The notes beneath the pieces were generated by a model. That model did no database searches. It saw only the letters and a list, made by a program, of their open reading frames with translations, and had not been told where the DNA came from. A stretch of 64,000 bases of DNA from Chrysomallon squamiferum. Its lineage: Eukaryota > Animalia > Mollusca. The stretch is from the NCBI GenBank assembly GCA_012295275.1, contig CM022675.1, positions 434,001 through 498,000 on the forward strand, read 5' to 3'. Position 1 is the stretch's first letter, and each line of letters opens with the position of its first letter. Below are positions 27,065 to 37,313 of this stretch, one piece after another. A program made the position numbers and the translations under genes.

Positions 27065-29039
27065 TAATAATAATAGTAATAGTAATAATATTTCTAATAA
27101 TAATTATAATAATAATGATGATGATGATGATGATGATAATAATAATAACAATAACAATAATAATACAAATTAATTAATTAAATAATAATATAAACTATCG
27201 GTATTCATATGTCACAGGATTGCTAAAAATTATACGTCACAATTTGAAGATTTTATTTTTCGCTGTGATGTAAATAGTTTTTCTTTTAGAATCGTGTACA
27301 CGGTATATAGGTGAGGTTACACTCCACTGACTGACTATGGGCCAGGACAGCCGGTTGTAACTAAACACTGGGTGAGTAAACAATGTTTCCAAGCCAATAG
27401 AAGACATCTAGGAAGTCTTCCCTGTCAATGCATGCCTAGGGAGTGGGTGAAAAAGAAATGAGTTCGCTGTATAAGAAGATGGAGATTTACGATCTGTAAT
27501 GTCTGTAATATATATACAGTGCTACCTCGTCTGGTCGAATTTTTGCTTTGCGTTGCTAGCCAAAATCCGTGTTACGAGCGAGCTTCAGAAACGCCGCCGC
27601 TATTTGGCGCAACGAACAACATAACATCCGGCCAGCATCCCGCATCTCACTCCTTTAATTCACGTAGTTAATTCACCATGGAAACATCTCTGTTGTGTTG
27701 TGCTCGCGTTTTGAGCAGTATTTTGCCAAATTCGGCCAAATTCGTTAAAATAATGTGTCTGATCTCCAAGATAAATACATTTTACAAAACCAATTTATTT
27801 CTTTACATTCTCTTTTATTTTGTTTTTATACAATGTTTGTCATTTATAAATACATTTTTCTTATTTAAAGACACGATACAGAAAAAAAGAAAGAAAAAAG
27901 AAGAAAAAAAATGGGGTGGTTTTCGGGTGGCTGGAACTGATTAATGGTTTTCAATTAATTTCAGTTGGGAAAATTGATTTGATGAACGAGAAAATTGAGA
28001 TACGAGGTTGGCCATCGAACGATTAAACTCTGAAGTTAAGGTACCACTATATTTATATAAAACGCGAGCACAACACATGCTTTCTCGCAGGAATAAACAT
28101 GTGAAGAAAATGAGAGAGACGCGGGATGCTGGCCGGATGTTATGTTGTTCGTTGAGCCAACTAGTGGCGGCGTACCTGAAGGTCGCTCGTAACTCGGATT
28201 TTTGCTCGCAACTGAAGCATGAATCGAAAGGGCGACTGGTCGTAACTGAAAAGACTCGTAAAATGGGGCACTCATAAGTCGAGGTACCGCTGTACAGAGG
28301 TACCTCGACTTACGAGTTTAATTCGTTACGTAACCGAGCCCGTAAATCAATTTGCTCGTATATCAAATCAATTTTCTCAACTGTAATGAATTGAAATACC
28401 ATTAATCCGTTCCGGCACCCGAAAAACCAACCCATTTTGTAACGTGTTTTTAAATAAAAATAATGTAATAATTGTTTTTGTAAAGTGTATTTATGTAGGA
28501 GATCAGACAAATTATTTTAAAACCTTTGGCTGGAGTTACAGCCTTTATCGACTGCTTCTGCGTCAGTATGGTACATATCGTAGAAGTACGAGGTTTGTAC
28601 TGCCTAGCCAAGTCGATTACACGCACACCTCGCTCATGTTTTTTTCTGAAACTCGCTTGTAACTCGGATACTGGCTCGCAACTCAAAGCAATTATGTATG
28701 TATTTATGTATCTATGGATGGATGTATGAATCAATGTATGAATGAAATGTACATATGTACGTTCGTACGTATTTATGTATGGATGTACAAATGCATGTAT
28801 GATGTATGTATGTAGTATGTGTGGATGTATGTATAAATACGTGTATAATTAAATGTAAAATTACTTACGTATATTTTGTCTTCGTCGTATCTCTTTTTCA
28901 CCACCCGTAACACAGTTTCCTCAGTTAGATGCCCCAACTCTGTCAAATCACTAGGAAACATTTCTTCCATTAACATGTTTCGTCTTTCCGTAAAAAATTC
29001 CTTGTTAAAGAGAGTAGGACCCTTAAATGCGTGTGCCAT
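3666..29039 (-). CDS. CHS: Myosin motor domain-chitin synthase fusion gene (27 exons in window, 3' part continues beyond left edge; possibly a recent pseudogene)
   Basis: Hand-spliced exons with GT-AG ends and matching phases. Myosin motifs [48 protein letters not shown] are followed by TM segments and chitin synthase motifs [32 protein letters not shown]. Same architecture as known molluscan myosin-chitin synthases. Lesions in exons 2 and 19. Confidence 0.95.
4185..4287 (-). CDS. CHS: Myosin-CHS exon 26
   Basis: [33 protein letters not shown]; AG/GT ends, phases match neighbours. Confidence 0.92.
4459..4538 (-). CDS. CHS: Myosin-CHS exon 25
   Basis: [26 protein letters not shown]; AG/GT ends, phase-consistent. 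Confidence 0.9.
4652..4856. repeat. 43-bp tandem repeat (~4.7 copies), intronic
   Basis: Unit GTGTCATACTGTGTATATGTATGTGTGAAATTTACTATCTCRT. Confidence 0.9.
4900..5172 (-). CDS. CHS: Myosin-CHS exon 24 (start of catalytic domain)
   Basis: [22 protein letters not shown]...[25 protein letters not shown]; CATMWHE is a metazoan chitin synthase hallmark. Confidence 0.94.
5425..6386 (-). CDS. CHS: Myosin-CHS exon 23 (N-terminal transmembrane region of CHS)
   Basis: 962-nt exon within ORF 5349..6377; many hydrophobic helices, WENFVD and [13 protein letters not shown] motifs. Confidence 0.93.
6577..6702 (-). CDS. CHS: Myosin-CHS exon 22
   Basis: [42 protein letters not shown]; 126 nt, phase 0/0. Confidence 0.88.
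6999..7182 (-). CDS. CHS: Myosin-CHS exon 21
   Basis: [61 protein letters not shown]; WDxF motif and first TM helix. Confidence 0.88.
7457..7668 (-). CDS. CHS: Myosin-CHS exon 20 (Ser-rich linker with PPLPPR)
   Basis: [32 protein letters not shown]...[23 protein letters not shown]; open, phase 0/2. Confidence 0.85.
7813..8113 (-). CDS. CHS: Myosin-CHS exon 19 (end of converter + ER/K single alpha-helix), +1 frameshift as assembled
   Basis: Starts [28 protein letters not shown]..., ends in another frame ...[30 protein letters not shown]; 301 nt between phase-0 sites. Confidence 0.85.
8446..8560 (-). CDS. CHS: Myosin-CHS exon 18 (converter)
   Basis: [38 protein letters not shown]. Confidence 0.88.
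8678..8827 (-). CDS. CHS: Myosin-CHS exon 17
   Basis: [49 protein letters not shown]; CIKPN and SH1-helix region. Confidence 0.93.
8957..9012 (-). CDS. CHS: Myosin-CHS exon 16
   Basis: [18 protein letters not shown]; joins to RCIKPN. Confidence 0.9.
9130..9208 (-). CDS. CHS: Myosin-CHS exon 15
   Basis: [26 protein letters not shown]; phase-consistent. Confidence 0.85.
9538..9651 (-). CDS. CHS: Myosin-CHS exon 14 (loop 2 region)
   Basis: [37 protein letters not shown]; phase-consistent. Confidence 0.83.
9762..9904 (-). CDS. CHS: Myosin-CHS exon 13
   Basis: [47 protein letters not shown]. Confidence 0.92.
10098..10262 (-). CDS. CHS: Myosin-CHS exon 12
   Basis: [55 protein letters not shown]. 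Confidence 0.93.
11049..11274 (-). CDS. CHS: Myosin-CHS exon 11 (switch II, relay helix)
   Basis: [31 protein letters not shown]...DIVDMFFK; tandem AAG/TAG acceptor, so the start may be 11277. Confidence 0.93.
11551..11686 (-). CDS. CHS: Myosin-CHS exon 10
   Basis: [44 protein letters not shown]. Confidence 0.94.
11896..13642 (+). mobile_element. Tigger/pogo (Tc1-mariner superfamily) DNA transposon, decayed
   Basis: TIRs CARTGGTACCTTGACTTACGAGT at both ends, flanked by TA. Fragmented transposase: CENP-B-like HTH ([17 protein letters not shown]...DLARQY), [32 protein letters not shown]. Confidence 0.92.
13811..13882 (-). CDS. CHS: Myosin-CHS exon 9
   Basis: [23 protein letters not shown]. 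Confidence 0.9.
14066..14180 (-). CDS. CHS: Myosin-CHS exon 8
   Basis: [38 protein letters not shown]; AAILH motif. Confidence 0.92.
14205..16704 (+). mobile_element. Decayed TIR DNA transposon, Sola2-like
   Basis: Termini GGGTCATTCTGTGTCAAA / TTTGACGCAGAATGACCC flanked by TACA/TATA; long imperfect subterminal IRs. Transposase relics [51 protein letters not shown]. Family name is from recalled motifs and GRG termini. Confidence 0.75.
17227..17323 (-). CDS. CHS: Myosin-CHS exon 7
   Basis: [32 protein letters not shown]. Confidence 0.88.
17546..17690 (-). CDS. CHS: Myosin-CHS exon 6
   Basis: [32 protein letters not shown]... Confidence 0.95.
17928..18042 (-). CDS. CHS: Myosin-CHS exon 5 (switch I)
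   Basis: [38 protein letters not shown]. Confidence 0.95.
18277..18393 (-). CDS. CHS: Myosin-CHS exon 4 (P-loop)
   Basis: [39 protein letters not shown]. Confidence 0.95.
18892..18999 (-). CDS. CHS: Myosin-CHS exon 3
   Basis: [36 protein letters not shown]; PHIF motif. Confidence 0.93.
19549..19658 (-). CDS. CHS: Myosin-CHS exon 2, interrupted by 38-bp insertion with in-frame TGA
   Basis: [16 protein letters not shown] (19658-19611) + insertion (19610-19573, TGA at 19595-19593) + DLDIYTEQ (19572-19549), then gtaaat donor. Confidence 0.85.
21073..22042 (+). mobile_element. Internally deleted Tigger (21073-21772) plus inverted Tigger left arm
   Basis: TIR CAGTGG..GACTTACGAG, HTH relic, right end AAGGTACCACTA; reversed left-arm sequence ends in CGTAAGTCGAGGTACCAC. 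Confidence 0.85.
23281..24351 (+). mobile_element. Internally deleted Tigger (23281-24079) plus inverted left arm
   Basis: Paralogous to 21073-22042. Confidence 0.85.
24630..25726 (-). mobile_element. Tc1-family (DD34E) DNA transposon, internally deleted
   Basis: Imperfect TIRs TACT..A/CA.AAAAGAA.CGCAAAA with TA duplication; [17 protein letters not shown]...34 aa...DLNPIEHLW; empty site visible in sister units. Confidence 0.93.
26895..27165. repeat. (AAT)n compound microsatellite
   Basis: Long AAT run with AAC/GAT variants. Confidence 0.95.
27517..28292 (+). mobile_element. Tigger-derived MITE (27517-28049) plus inverted left arm
   Basis: Third paralogue of the composite, more deleted; ends ...AAGTCGAGGTACCGCTG then TA. 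Confidence 0.82.
28295..28690 (-). mobile_element. Tigger-derived fragment with intact right TIR
   Basis: CAGAGGTACCTCGACTTACGAG terminus; HTH relic [15 protein letters not shown] in ORF 28450..28734. Confidence 0.85.
28869..29039 (-). CDS. CHS: Myosin-CHS coding exon 1
   Basis: ...[34 protein letters not shown] then gtaagt; typical myosin-head start (DL..L..L.E...L..RY...IY). Start uncertain: 29039, 28976 or 28970; the last ATG is conserved in all copies. Confidence 0.9.
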
Positions 29040-29998
29040 ACTCACCACCAGTATATGTAAAGTGACATATAGTCTCACTTCACAATAGCGGAACAATGAT
29101 TTCGGAGAAAGAAACCAGAAACAATCTTCACATTTTCTTGAAATCCGTTTTACTTTCTTTTAGAAACTCCTGAACAATCGCTAAAAAAAAGGGTGAAATT
29201 GTTTTTTAAATCGTAAACTGAGCTGAGTGTTTTCTGTGATTCACTCTGTGGCGTCTGCGACTTTTCGCAGGTAACTCAGTTTTGTTCACTGGCCGTACTA
29301 GCAGATAATAAAAGAGGTATTAAGTTTCCATTTATGCGAAACGGGTACATGCATAGGCTTCTCAGTTTACTCCGTGCCCAGAGACTTTTTGCAGATTAAA
29401 ATCAAAATGTGTTAGTTACGTGATTAAATGCTAAATTACTCGATAATAATAGCAACTTGGTTTCTTTGTAACTACGTCTTTGTAATTCATGTTCATGACA
29501 AGAAAATGATCACTAAACTGAAACGAAACTGCCGAGAATAAAAAATAAAAGAATTTAAAAAATGTTTTAAATGAGTTACGAAATAACCTTTTACCGTAGA
29601 ATAGTTAACAGTGCATTGGTCTACTGTGTGTACGTGCATGCTGTATTCATTAGCCTAAAGAACAACACACCGTGAACAAAGCAGGATATTTATTGAAATA
29701 TATGGAATAACATTTTGTTAAATAGTAGGTCAAGTGTTTCTTCGTGCAGTTATGATATAAAACATACACATATACAATTATTATGATTATGAAACATACA
29801 CATATACAGTTACTATGCAAACTGGTTTCACCTGCTTCTTGATCCCATCCCCAGTAAAAATCTCAGATTCGTTTTATTCGCTTTTTGTCCTTTCTGTGTG
29901 TCTCATTATTTCACTTTGTACACATGTAGAATAGTTGTAGAACAATTTAGATAGGTATACAGTGTGTAATAATAATAATATTGATAATGATGATGATG

Positions 29999-30038
<40 letters not shown>

Positions 30039-30089
30039 TTATTATAAAGTATACGTCTATCTCCTCTATGATAATTCTGTACTGATGGT

Positions 30090-32230
30090 ATTTATTTTAC
30101 ACTAGTATATTTTAATAAGTACTATAAACTGGTATATTTTAGTAAGTACTATACACTGGAATATTTTAGTAAGTACTACACACTGATATATTTTAGTAAG
30201 TACTATACACTGGTATATTTTAGTATTATAAACTGGTATATTTTAGTAAGTACTATACAGTGGTATATTTTAGTAAGTAGTATAAACTGATATATTTTAG
30301 TAAGTAATATACACTGATATATTTTAGCGTGTACTATACACTGGTATATTTTAGTTAGTACTATACACTGTTATATTTTAGTAAGTAGTATACACTGATA
30401 TATTTTAGTAAGTAGTATACACAGTATATTTTAGTAAGCAGTATACACTGATATATCTTAGTATGTACAATACACTGATATATTTTAGTAAGTACTGATC
30501 ACTGTTTTATTTTAGTAAGTAGTATACACTAGTATATTTTAGTAAGTACTATACACTAGTATATTTTAGTAAGTACTATACACCGGTATATTTTAGTAAG
30601 TCCTATACACTGGTATATTTTAGTAAGTACTATACACTGGTATATTTTAGTATGTACAATACACTGATATGTTTTAATAAGTATTATACGTTGGTATATC
30701 TTTGTAGTACTATACACTGGTATATTTTGTAAATATTATACACTGGTATATTTTAGTAAGTACTATACACTGGTATATCTTAGTAAGTAAAAATTATACA
30801 CTGGTATATTTTAGTAAGTACTATACACTGGTATATTTTTGTAACTACTATACAGTGGTATATTTTAGTAAGTACTATACAGTGGTATATGTTAGTAAGT
30901 ACTATACACTGATATATTTTAATAAGTACTATAAACTGGTATATTTTAGTAAGTACTATACACTGGAATATTTTAGTAAGTACTACAAACATATATTTTA
31001 GTAAGTAGTATACACAGGTATATTTTAGTAAGTATTATACACGGGTATATTTTAGTAAGTAGTATAAACTGATCTATTTTAGTAAGTACTAATCATTGCT
31101 ATATTTTAGTAAGTACTAATCACTGGTATATTTTAGTAAGTAGTACACACTGATATATTTTAGTAAGTAGTATACACAGGTATATTTTAGTAAGTAGTAT
31201 AAACTGATCTATTTTAGTAAGTACTATACACTGGTATCTTTTAGTAAGTACTACACACTGATATATTTTAGTAAGTAGTATACACAGGTATATTTTAGTA
31301 ACTAGTATAAACTGGTATATTTTAGTAGGTACTATACAGTGGTATATTTTAGTAAGTAGTATAAACTGATCTATTTTAGTAAGTACTATACACTGGTATA
31401 TTTTAGCGTGTACTATACACTGATATATTTTAATAAATGCCGTACACTGGTATATTTTAATAAATGCCGTACACTGGTATATTTTAGTAAGTAGTATACA
31501 CTAGTATATTTTAGTAAGTACTATACACTGGTTTATTTTAGTAAGTACTATACACTGGTATATTTTAGTTAGTACTATACACTGATATATTTTAGTATGT
31601 ACAATACACTGGTATATTTTAGTATGTACAATACACTGATATGTTTTAGTAAGTACTAATCACTGTTTTATTTTAGTAAGTAGTATACACTAGTATATTT
31701 TAGTAAGTACTATACACTGGTATATTTTAGTAAGTCCTATACACTGGTATATTTTAGTAGGTCCTATACACTGGTATATTTTAGTAAGTACTATACACTG
31801 GTATATTTTAGTAAGTACTATACACTGGTATATTTTAGTATGTACAACACACTGATATGTTTTAGTAAGTACTATACACTGGTATATTTTAGTAAGTACT
31901 ATACACTGGTATATTTTAGTATGTACAATACACTGATACGTTTTAGTAAGTACTATACACTGGTATATTTTGGTAAATATTATACACTGGTATATTTTAG
32001 TAAGTACTATACACTGGTATATTTTAGTAAGTAGTATACACTAGTATATTTTAGTAAGTACTATACACTGGTATATTTTAGTAAGTACTATACACTAGTA
32101 TATTTTAGTAAGTACTATACACTGGTATATTTTGGTAGTATTATACACTGGTATATTTTAGTAAGTGCTATACACTAGTATATTTTAGTAAATAGAATAC
32201 ACTGATATAATTTAATAAATATTATTCACT
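30090..32230. repeat. 27-bp tandem minisatellite (~79 copies) upstream of gene
   Basis: Unit TATATTTTAGTAAGTACTATACACTGG; CACTGG at 31985 and 32012. Confidence 0.97.
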
Positions 32231-33970
32231 GGTTTGTTTTTGGAGGAGTTCTGACAGGTACAAAGTGACAGGAGTTACAGCGTTCCATGAAAGTCGAGAT
32301 TCACGCAGCTAAAAACAGTTGAATACATCTTAAACATATTATAGCATTATGAAAAATAAAAAGGACATTTTATACTTGTTTTCATGATTCTGGAAATGCA
32401 TTAATGTTTTCATTTTGTTACAGCTGTCTGTTTGAATTAGTTATGCGAGACTGACGATGAAGAAACATTTAAATGGGACGTCCTGCTTGTGTTGAATGCA
32501 TTTCTCATCTCGCTGGAGTTTCGTCAGTACAAAAGATTTCGTCAGTGGAACACCGTGCTGCTCACTGGTACACGGATCAGGAAGAAACCAGTTTACGCAC
32601 GTCTTCTTAAACTACGTCAGTTGTAAAGTGGTAGCCCAAGAGGAAGACACTTTTATGAATATAATCATATTCTTTTCTAAAAATAAATATACTTAGTATT
32701 GTACACAAATGCAATGTCACGATAACACACACACTCATATCACAAATATATATAAATGTATATGTTTAGGTATGTCTAGGTGTGTATATATAAATATATA
32801 TTTTTATGTATATGTATGTGTGCGTGTGTGCGTGCGTATGTGTTGTGTGTGTGTGTGTGTTTTTATGTGTTGGTATTTGTGAAAGAATACTGAAAGTTAG
32901 AGATTTGTATACTGAAGAGTCAAAAGGCAGTGAAAGCAGATATGTTCCATTCACCAAACAATGTCATAGTTTACTTCACTACACGGTAAAGGATGACACT
33001 AAATAAACAGAAATATGCTTTGACTCACTCTACCTACTGTGCTGCAGACACAAAACTCGTGATGTTTGTGCTCGGGCTTGTTTATGCTGCATATTAAACT
33101 GTCACGGAGAACGCTAAACCCCCTGAGTTTCTCACAGTGTCAATAGCACGAGTTCAGGATATTATTGTAATAGACACAATTGTCAAGATAATTAAAACTT
33201 CACGATGACAAAACGTTTGTCTTTCAATCAATGACTAAACTAAAGCCAGGCCTTATATTTATATGAAATATTATTTCTAAACAAACAATATATGAGATAA
33301 TATAGCTCGAATTAATGTGCGTGCTTCTAGCATTGTGGTGTAATCTCATCTCAGCCTGACATCGTGGTTTGAAATACAGCTTGTATCCATATGTAGCAAA
33401 AACTTTTGTATTTATGCATAGATAATATCCCAAGTTGCTCTTCCACCTCGTTACTTTACTTTGTACATAAATCTTGATCTTTCAGGTTACGCCTGACTTG
33501 TTTCGCTTGTGTACGTTATTATGTGAAAAAAAGCAACCCACCAAAGCGGTACTTGATTACTGTGTTGTGCACATATGAAGCACGTTCGCCTTAAGTTAAC
33601 TATTTATTATATAAACAGATGTTGTAATTATTAATGTAACAAACTACATTATTTTGTATTTATTATTTTTTATTTAGAATAATTAGACAAAAATATAGTT
33701 TTAGATCCCTATAACTTGCGCATGCGTAAGCCGGACTATTCAGTTAACATAGGCCTCTGCCATTATTTACATACACACATACATACAGTATAAAAAATGC
33801 ACGAAGAAAGCTATTTTATACAACTCCTTTTTCCTTTCTTTTTAATACTCGTTTGCTTGAAACTAAAGGAGTCAAATACACGGAATTACGTTTTTGATGG
33901 AGTAGTGTTTTGCTAAAAAATAAATTATATTTACATTTGTTTAATGATAATGCTGTTCTGTGTATTGTTT

Positions 33971-34016
<46 letters not shown>

Positions 34017-34034
34017 CATTATTTTGATGGTTAG

Positions 34035-34267
34035 GGGTTTCATATCGGCGTGACGGGAGTGGCAAACTGGAGACACAGGGATCCAGGGAGGGTCTAAAAT
34101 CGTTAAAAACCGCCACTGGTCGAAACCTGACAGATCGCGAAATTGAGTTTTTCATTCAAACAACAGGATCAGACGACAAAACCATAGATTTAGGACATTT
34201 CACAAATCTCATGTACAGACTCAAGCTGTATAAGGCGGACGCTCCCACCACCAAGATTCATGCTTAG
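34035..34267 (+). pseudogene. Frameshifted terminal exon of an EF-hand (calmodulin-like) protein
   Basis: After ttag acceptor: GFISA/DGSGKLETQGSREGLKSLKTATGRNLTDREIEFFIQTTGSDDKTIDLGHF/TNLMYRLKLYKADAPTTKIHA*; needs two frameshifts; DGSGKL loop and LTDxEI helix resemble an EF-hand pair. Confidence 0.55.
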
Positions 34268-34517
34268 CTTACCCCCCCAGGAGGCGAATCCACATCTGAT
34301 CTAACAGGGTGGGGGGCGTCTACTCGACTTTTAAAAGAAGGAAAGAAGAAATTTTTTTTATAATGATTAATTTTTAAAAATTTATCATCTGATACCGTGA
34401 TTTATATAAAAGAAAAAAGAAAAAAGAAAGAAGAACATTTGAACTTTCAGCAAAGATCACGTGACTAAACTTCCGAACGAATAATAAAGATTAAAGATGA
34501 TCTCATTTATCACAATG

Positions 34518-34808
<291 letters not shown>

Positions 34809-34954
34809 CAGTATATAAGTCTTACTACCGTATTGCATATGTTTAACGCAAAACCTATTCTAAATATCAATATTTCTTACTTCCCTGGAATAATGTAAAC
34901 CTTATTCTAATTTCAGGATTATGTTGCATCTGATGTTACAACCAATATAAACAT

Positions 34955-35482
34955 CTTATTAAAGGTGAAATACAACGCAAGTGGATTTTTGGAGAAGAAC
35001 GGCAATGTACTTAGTCCTGACGTACTCAAGTGTCTCGTTGAAAGCACAAATGAGATGATCAGTGATTTGTTTACAGTGCAGCCAACAAACACTGGAACAA
35101 TTTCAGGGTAAGAGTCATATATCTCGATAAACAAACTGTTATATACATACATATATCAATATTTGGAATTCTAATACAATAACAAGGGAGGTAATGCATT
35201 GTTTATTTAATTCACAGGACACAGTTTGCATACAGGATGTCTAGACGACATCAGCCGGTCTGTCGATACTAAAAAAAACATACGAGTGTTTTGGGAATTA
35301 TTCTTTACATTTTAGAATGCATTTGATTATTTTAGAATTACTTACAATTGGCACACTGGTAATGTCGTCTTGTTTGAATTAAAGATTGTTCACCAACCCA
35401 ATGTACTGTGGAATTCTGACGACAGAAAATGTGCTGCTGAATCGGTGTCGCCACAATCTCAGAGTGATTATGCATCAACGAA
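34955..35482 (+). pseudogene. Inverted, internally deleted relic of myosin-CHS (exon 13, intron, part of exon 14, joined to intron 23 end and part of exon 24)
   Basis: 34965-35264 is a near-identical reverse complement of 9904-9605; 35270-35482 matches 5290-5075; introns are retained. Confidence 0.93.
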
Positions 35483-35789
35483 GAAAGAAAGGAACGGATC
35501 TGAGGATTTTGGTATTGATACTTTTAAAATCTGTGAATGGACTTTGATGTTTCACGAATTCAACCTCTCACGCATGAAGTTCGTTTAACTATTTTTTATT
35601 GATGTTCTCTCAGATACGAAACATTTTATACAAATTGTAAACTGACTGTTGATTATCGATATTTGTTAAACTCATTGACTGTTAACTATCGATATTTGTA
35701 AAAGAAAATACTGATATCTGTCGATATGTGTTAAAATCATTCTGTGTGTGCTATTAATATGTATAGAAATCAGCGAGTCTAACATATAT

Positions 35790-35833
<44 letters not shown>

Positions 35834-37247
35834 TAGATAGATAGATGTAATTATTATCTATCAGTATATATAAAAATCACTGAGTGTTATCTATCGATAC
35901 TAGTAAAAATCATTGACTGTTAAACTATCAATAAATAATTTTAACTTCGGTTTATTCATTGTCTCACTGCTTATTTATGTTATTAATGCAAACAGTATTC
36001 CATGCTTTTGAATATTAATTCCTACATGATTTTAGTGCTTTTGTTTGAAAATAATAATAAATAATGAAGAGGAGATACAATTTATTTAAAAGTTAGCTTT
36101 CCACTATCAGGATACATTGCATATGTATATATGTATTGATGTGTGTGTGCGTGTGTGTGTATATATATTTTTTTAAGTGTTCTTTTGCAGGACATATTTT
36201 GACTTGGAGATACTGTTAAGTAAGTTTTCTTTATATATATTTATGTTGCTAAATATATATTTAAATCAGAGATAATTATCATTATGTTAACGATGTGAAT
36301 AAGGATACTTTTAGAAAATAAATATAACTGTTTGCTACATTTTTGTTTTGTTTTTATTTACTAACATTTCTGTGATTATTATTATCATTATTGCTGTTGT
36401 TGCTGTTTTTATCAAATGCAGATTTAATATAAATATTTGTTATTTATTTGGTCAGACGTGTGGATCTCTGGAAAATTATGTTTGTTGTCTTTTCATCACA
36501 GGCTATCAATGTCGTGTGTGTGTGTGTGAGTGTGTGTGAGTGTGTCTCTGTGTGTGAGTGTGTGTGCGTGTGTTTTTTTTTGCTTGCTTTTTTTTATCTA
36601 TCAGTGTGTTAATTCATTTATTTTTCTTCTTCACTATTAGGGCACAGATTAAAAAAAAAAAGAAAACAAAAAAAGAAGTAAAAAATAAAAGATTAGAAGA
36701 AAAAAGAAATTAGAAACAATAAGTAGAAATATACGTTTAAGTGAGAGATTGGGATTTTACACACACACACACACTCACGCATAGTCACTTACACACACAT
36801 ACGCACACAGTAACGGACTTGTATGTGTGTGTGTGTGGGTATGTATGTGGATGTGTTTGTATATGTGTGTGTGTGTATGTGTGTATGTGTCTGTGTGTGT
36901 GTATGTGTGTCTGTGTGTGTGTGTGTGTGTGTGTACATATGAGAAAGAGGGTGGTGTGTTGGAGAAAAAAAAGAAAACTAAATGCTATATGGAGACTCAG
37001 TCTTGGAAAGCATTGTGATTTACCATTTTTGTTGTTTATTGTTTCGTATTTTACCCTTCAAACACAAGAAACCAACGAGTGTGTTAGAATAGGATAGAAA
37101 ATGTTTGTACCCGGAAAAATCTTCTTTTTTTAAAATAAAAACATACTTTAAAAAAAAGTAATAACAGATGGATAAATAAATAATAAAAATCGCATTAGCA
37201 AATATCCAGTTTCTTCCCGGATCGTATTGTTTGTAGTGTTACATATA

Positions 37248-37313
<66 letters not shown>

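Larger units (their letters stand above)
20064..28292. repeat. Three tandem ~2.2-kb units within intron 1
   Basis: Shared anchors (TTTGATGAACA; GTAGATTCCAAA; GCAGAATGTCTGCTACATTTTAT; GGAAGTCTTCCCTGTCA) recur from ~20070, ~22320 and ~25730; the third unit is interrupted by insertions. Confidence 0.9.

Noticed and set aside
29001-29046. Small 5' intron (gtgagt...aacaag) before the MEE start
   Set aside because: Only 46 nt in the gene and about 20 nt in the copies; unsupported without transcripts.
30090-32230. ORFs in the 27-bp satellite (also 61924-63950)
   Set aside because: Products of a 9-codon repeat with frequent stops; no splice or protein signal.
34955-35482. Processed (retro) pseudogene
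   Set aside because: Intron sequences are retained, so it is a DNA-level duplication.
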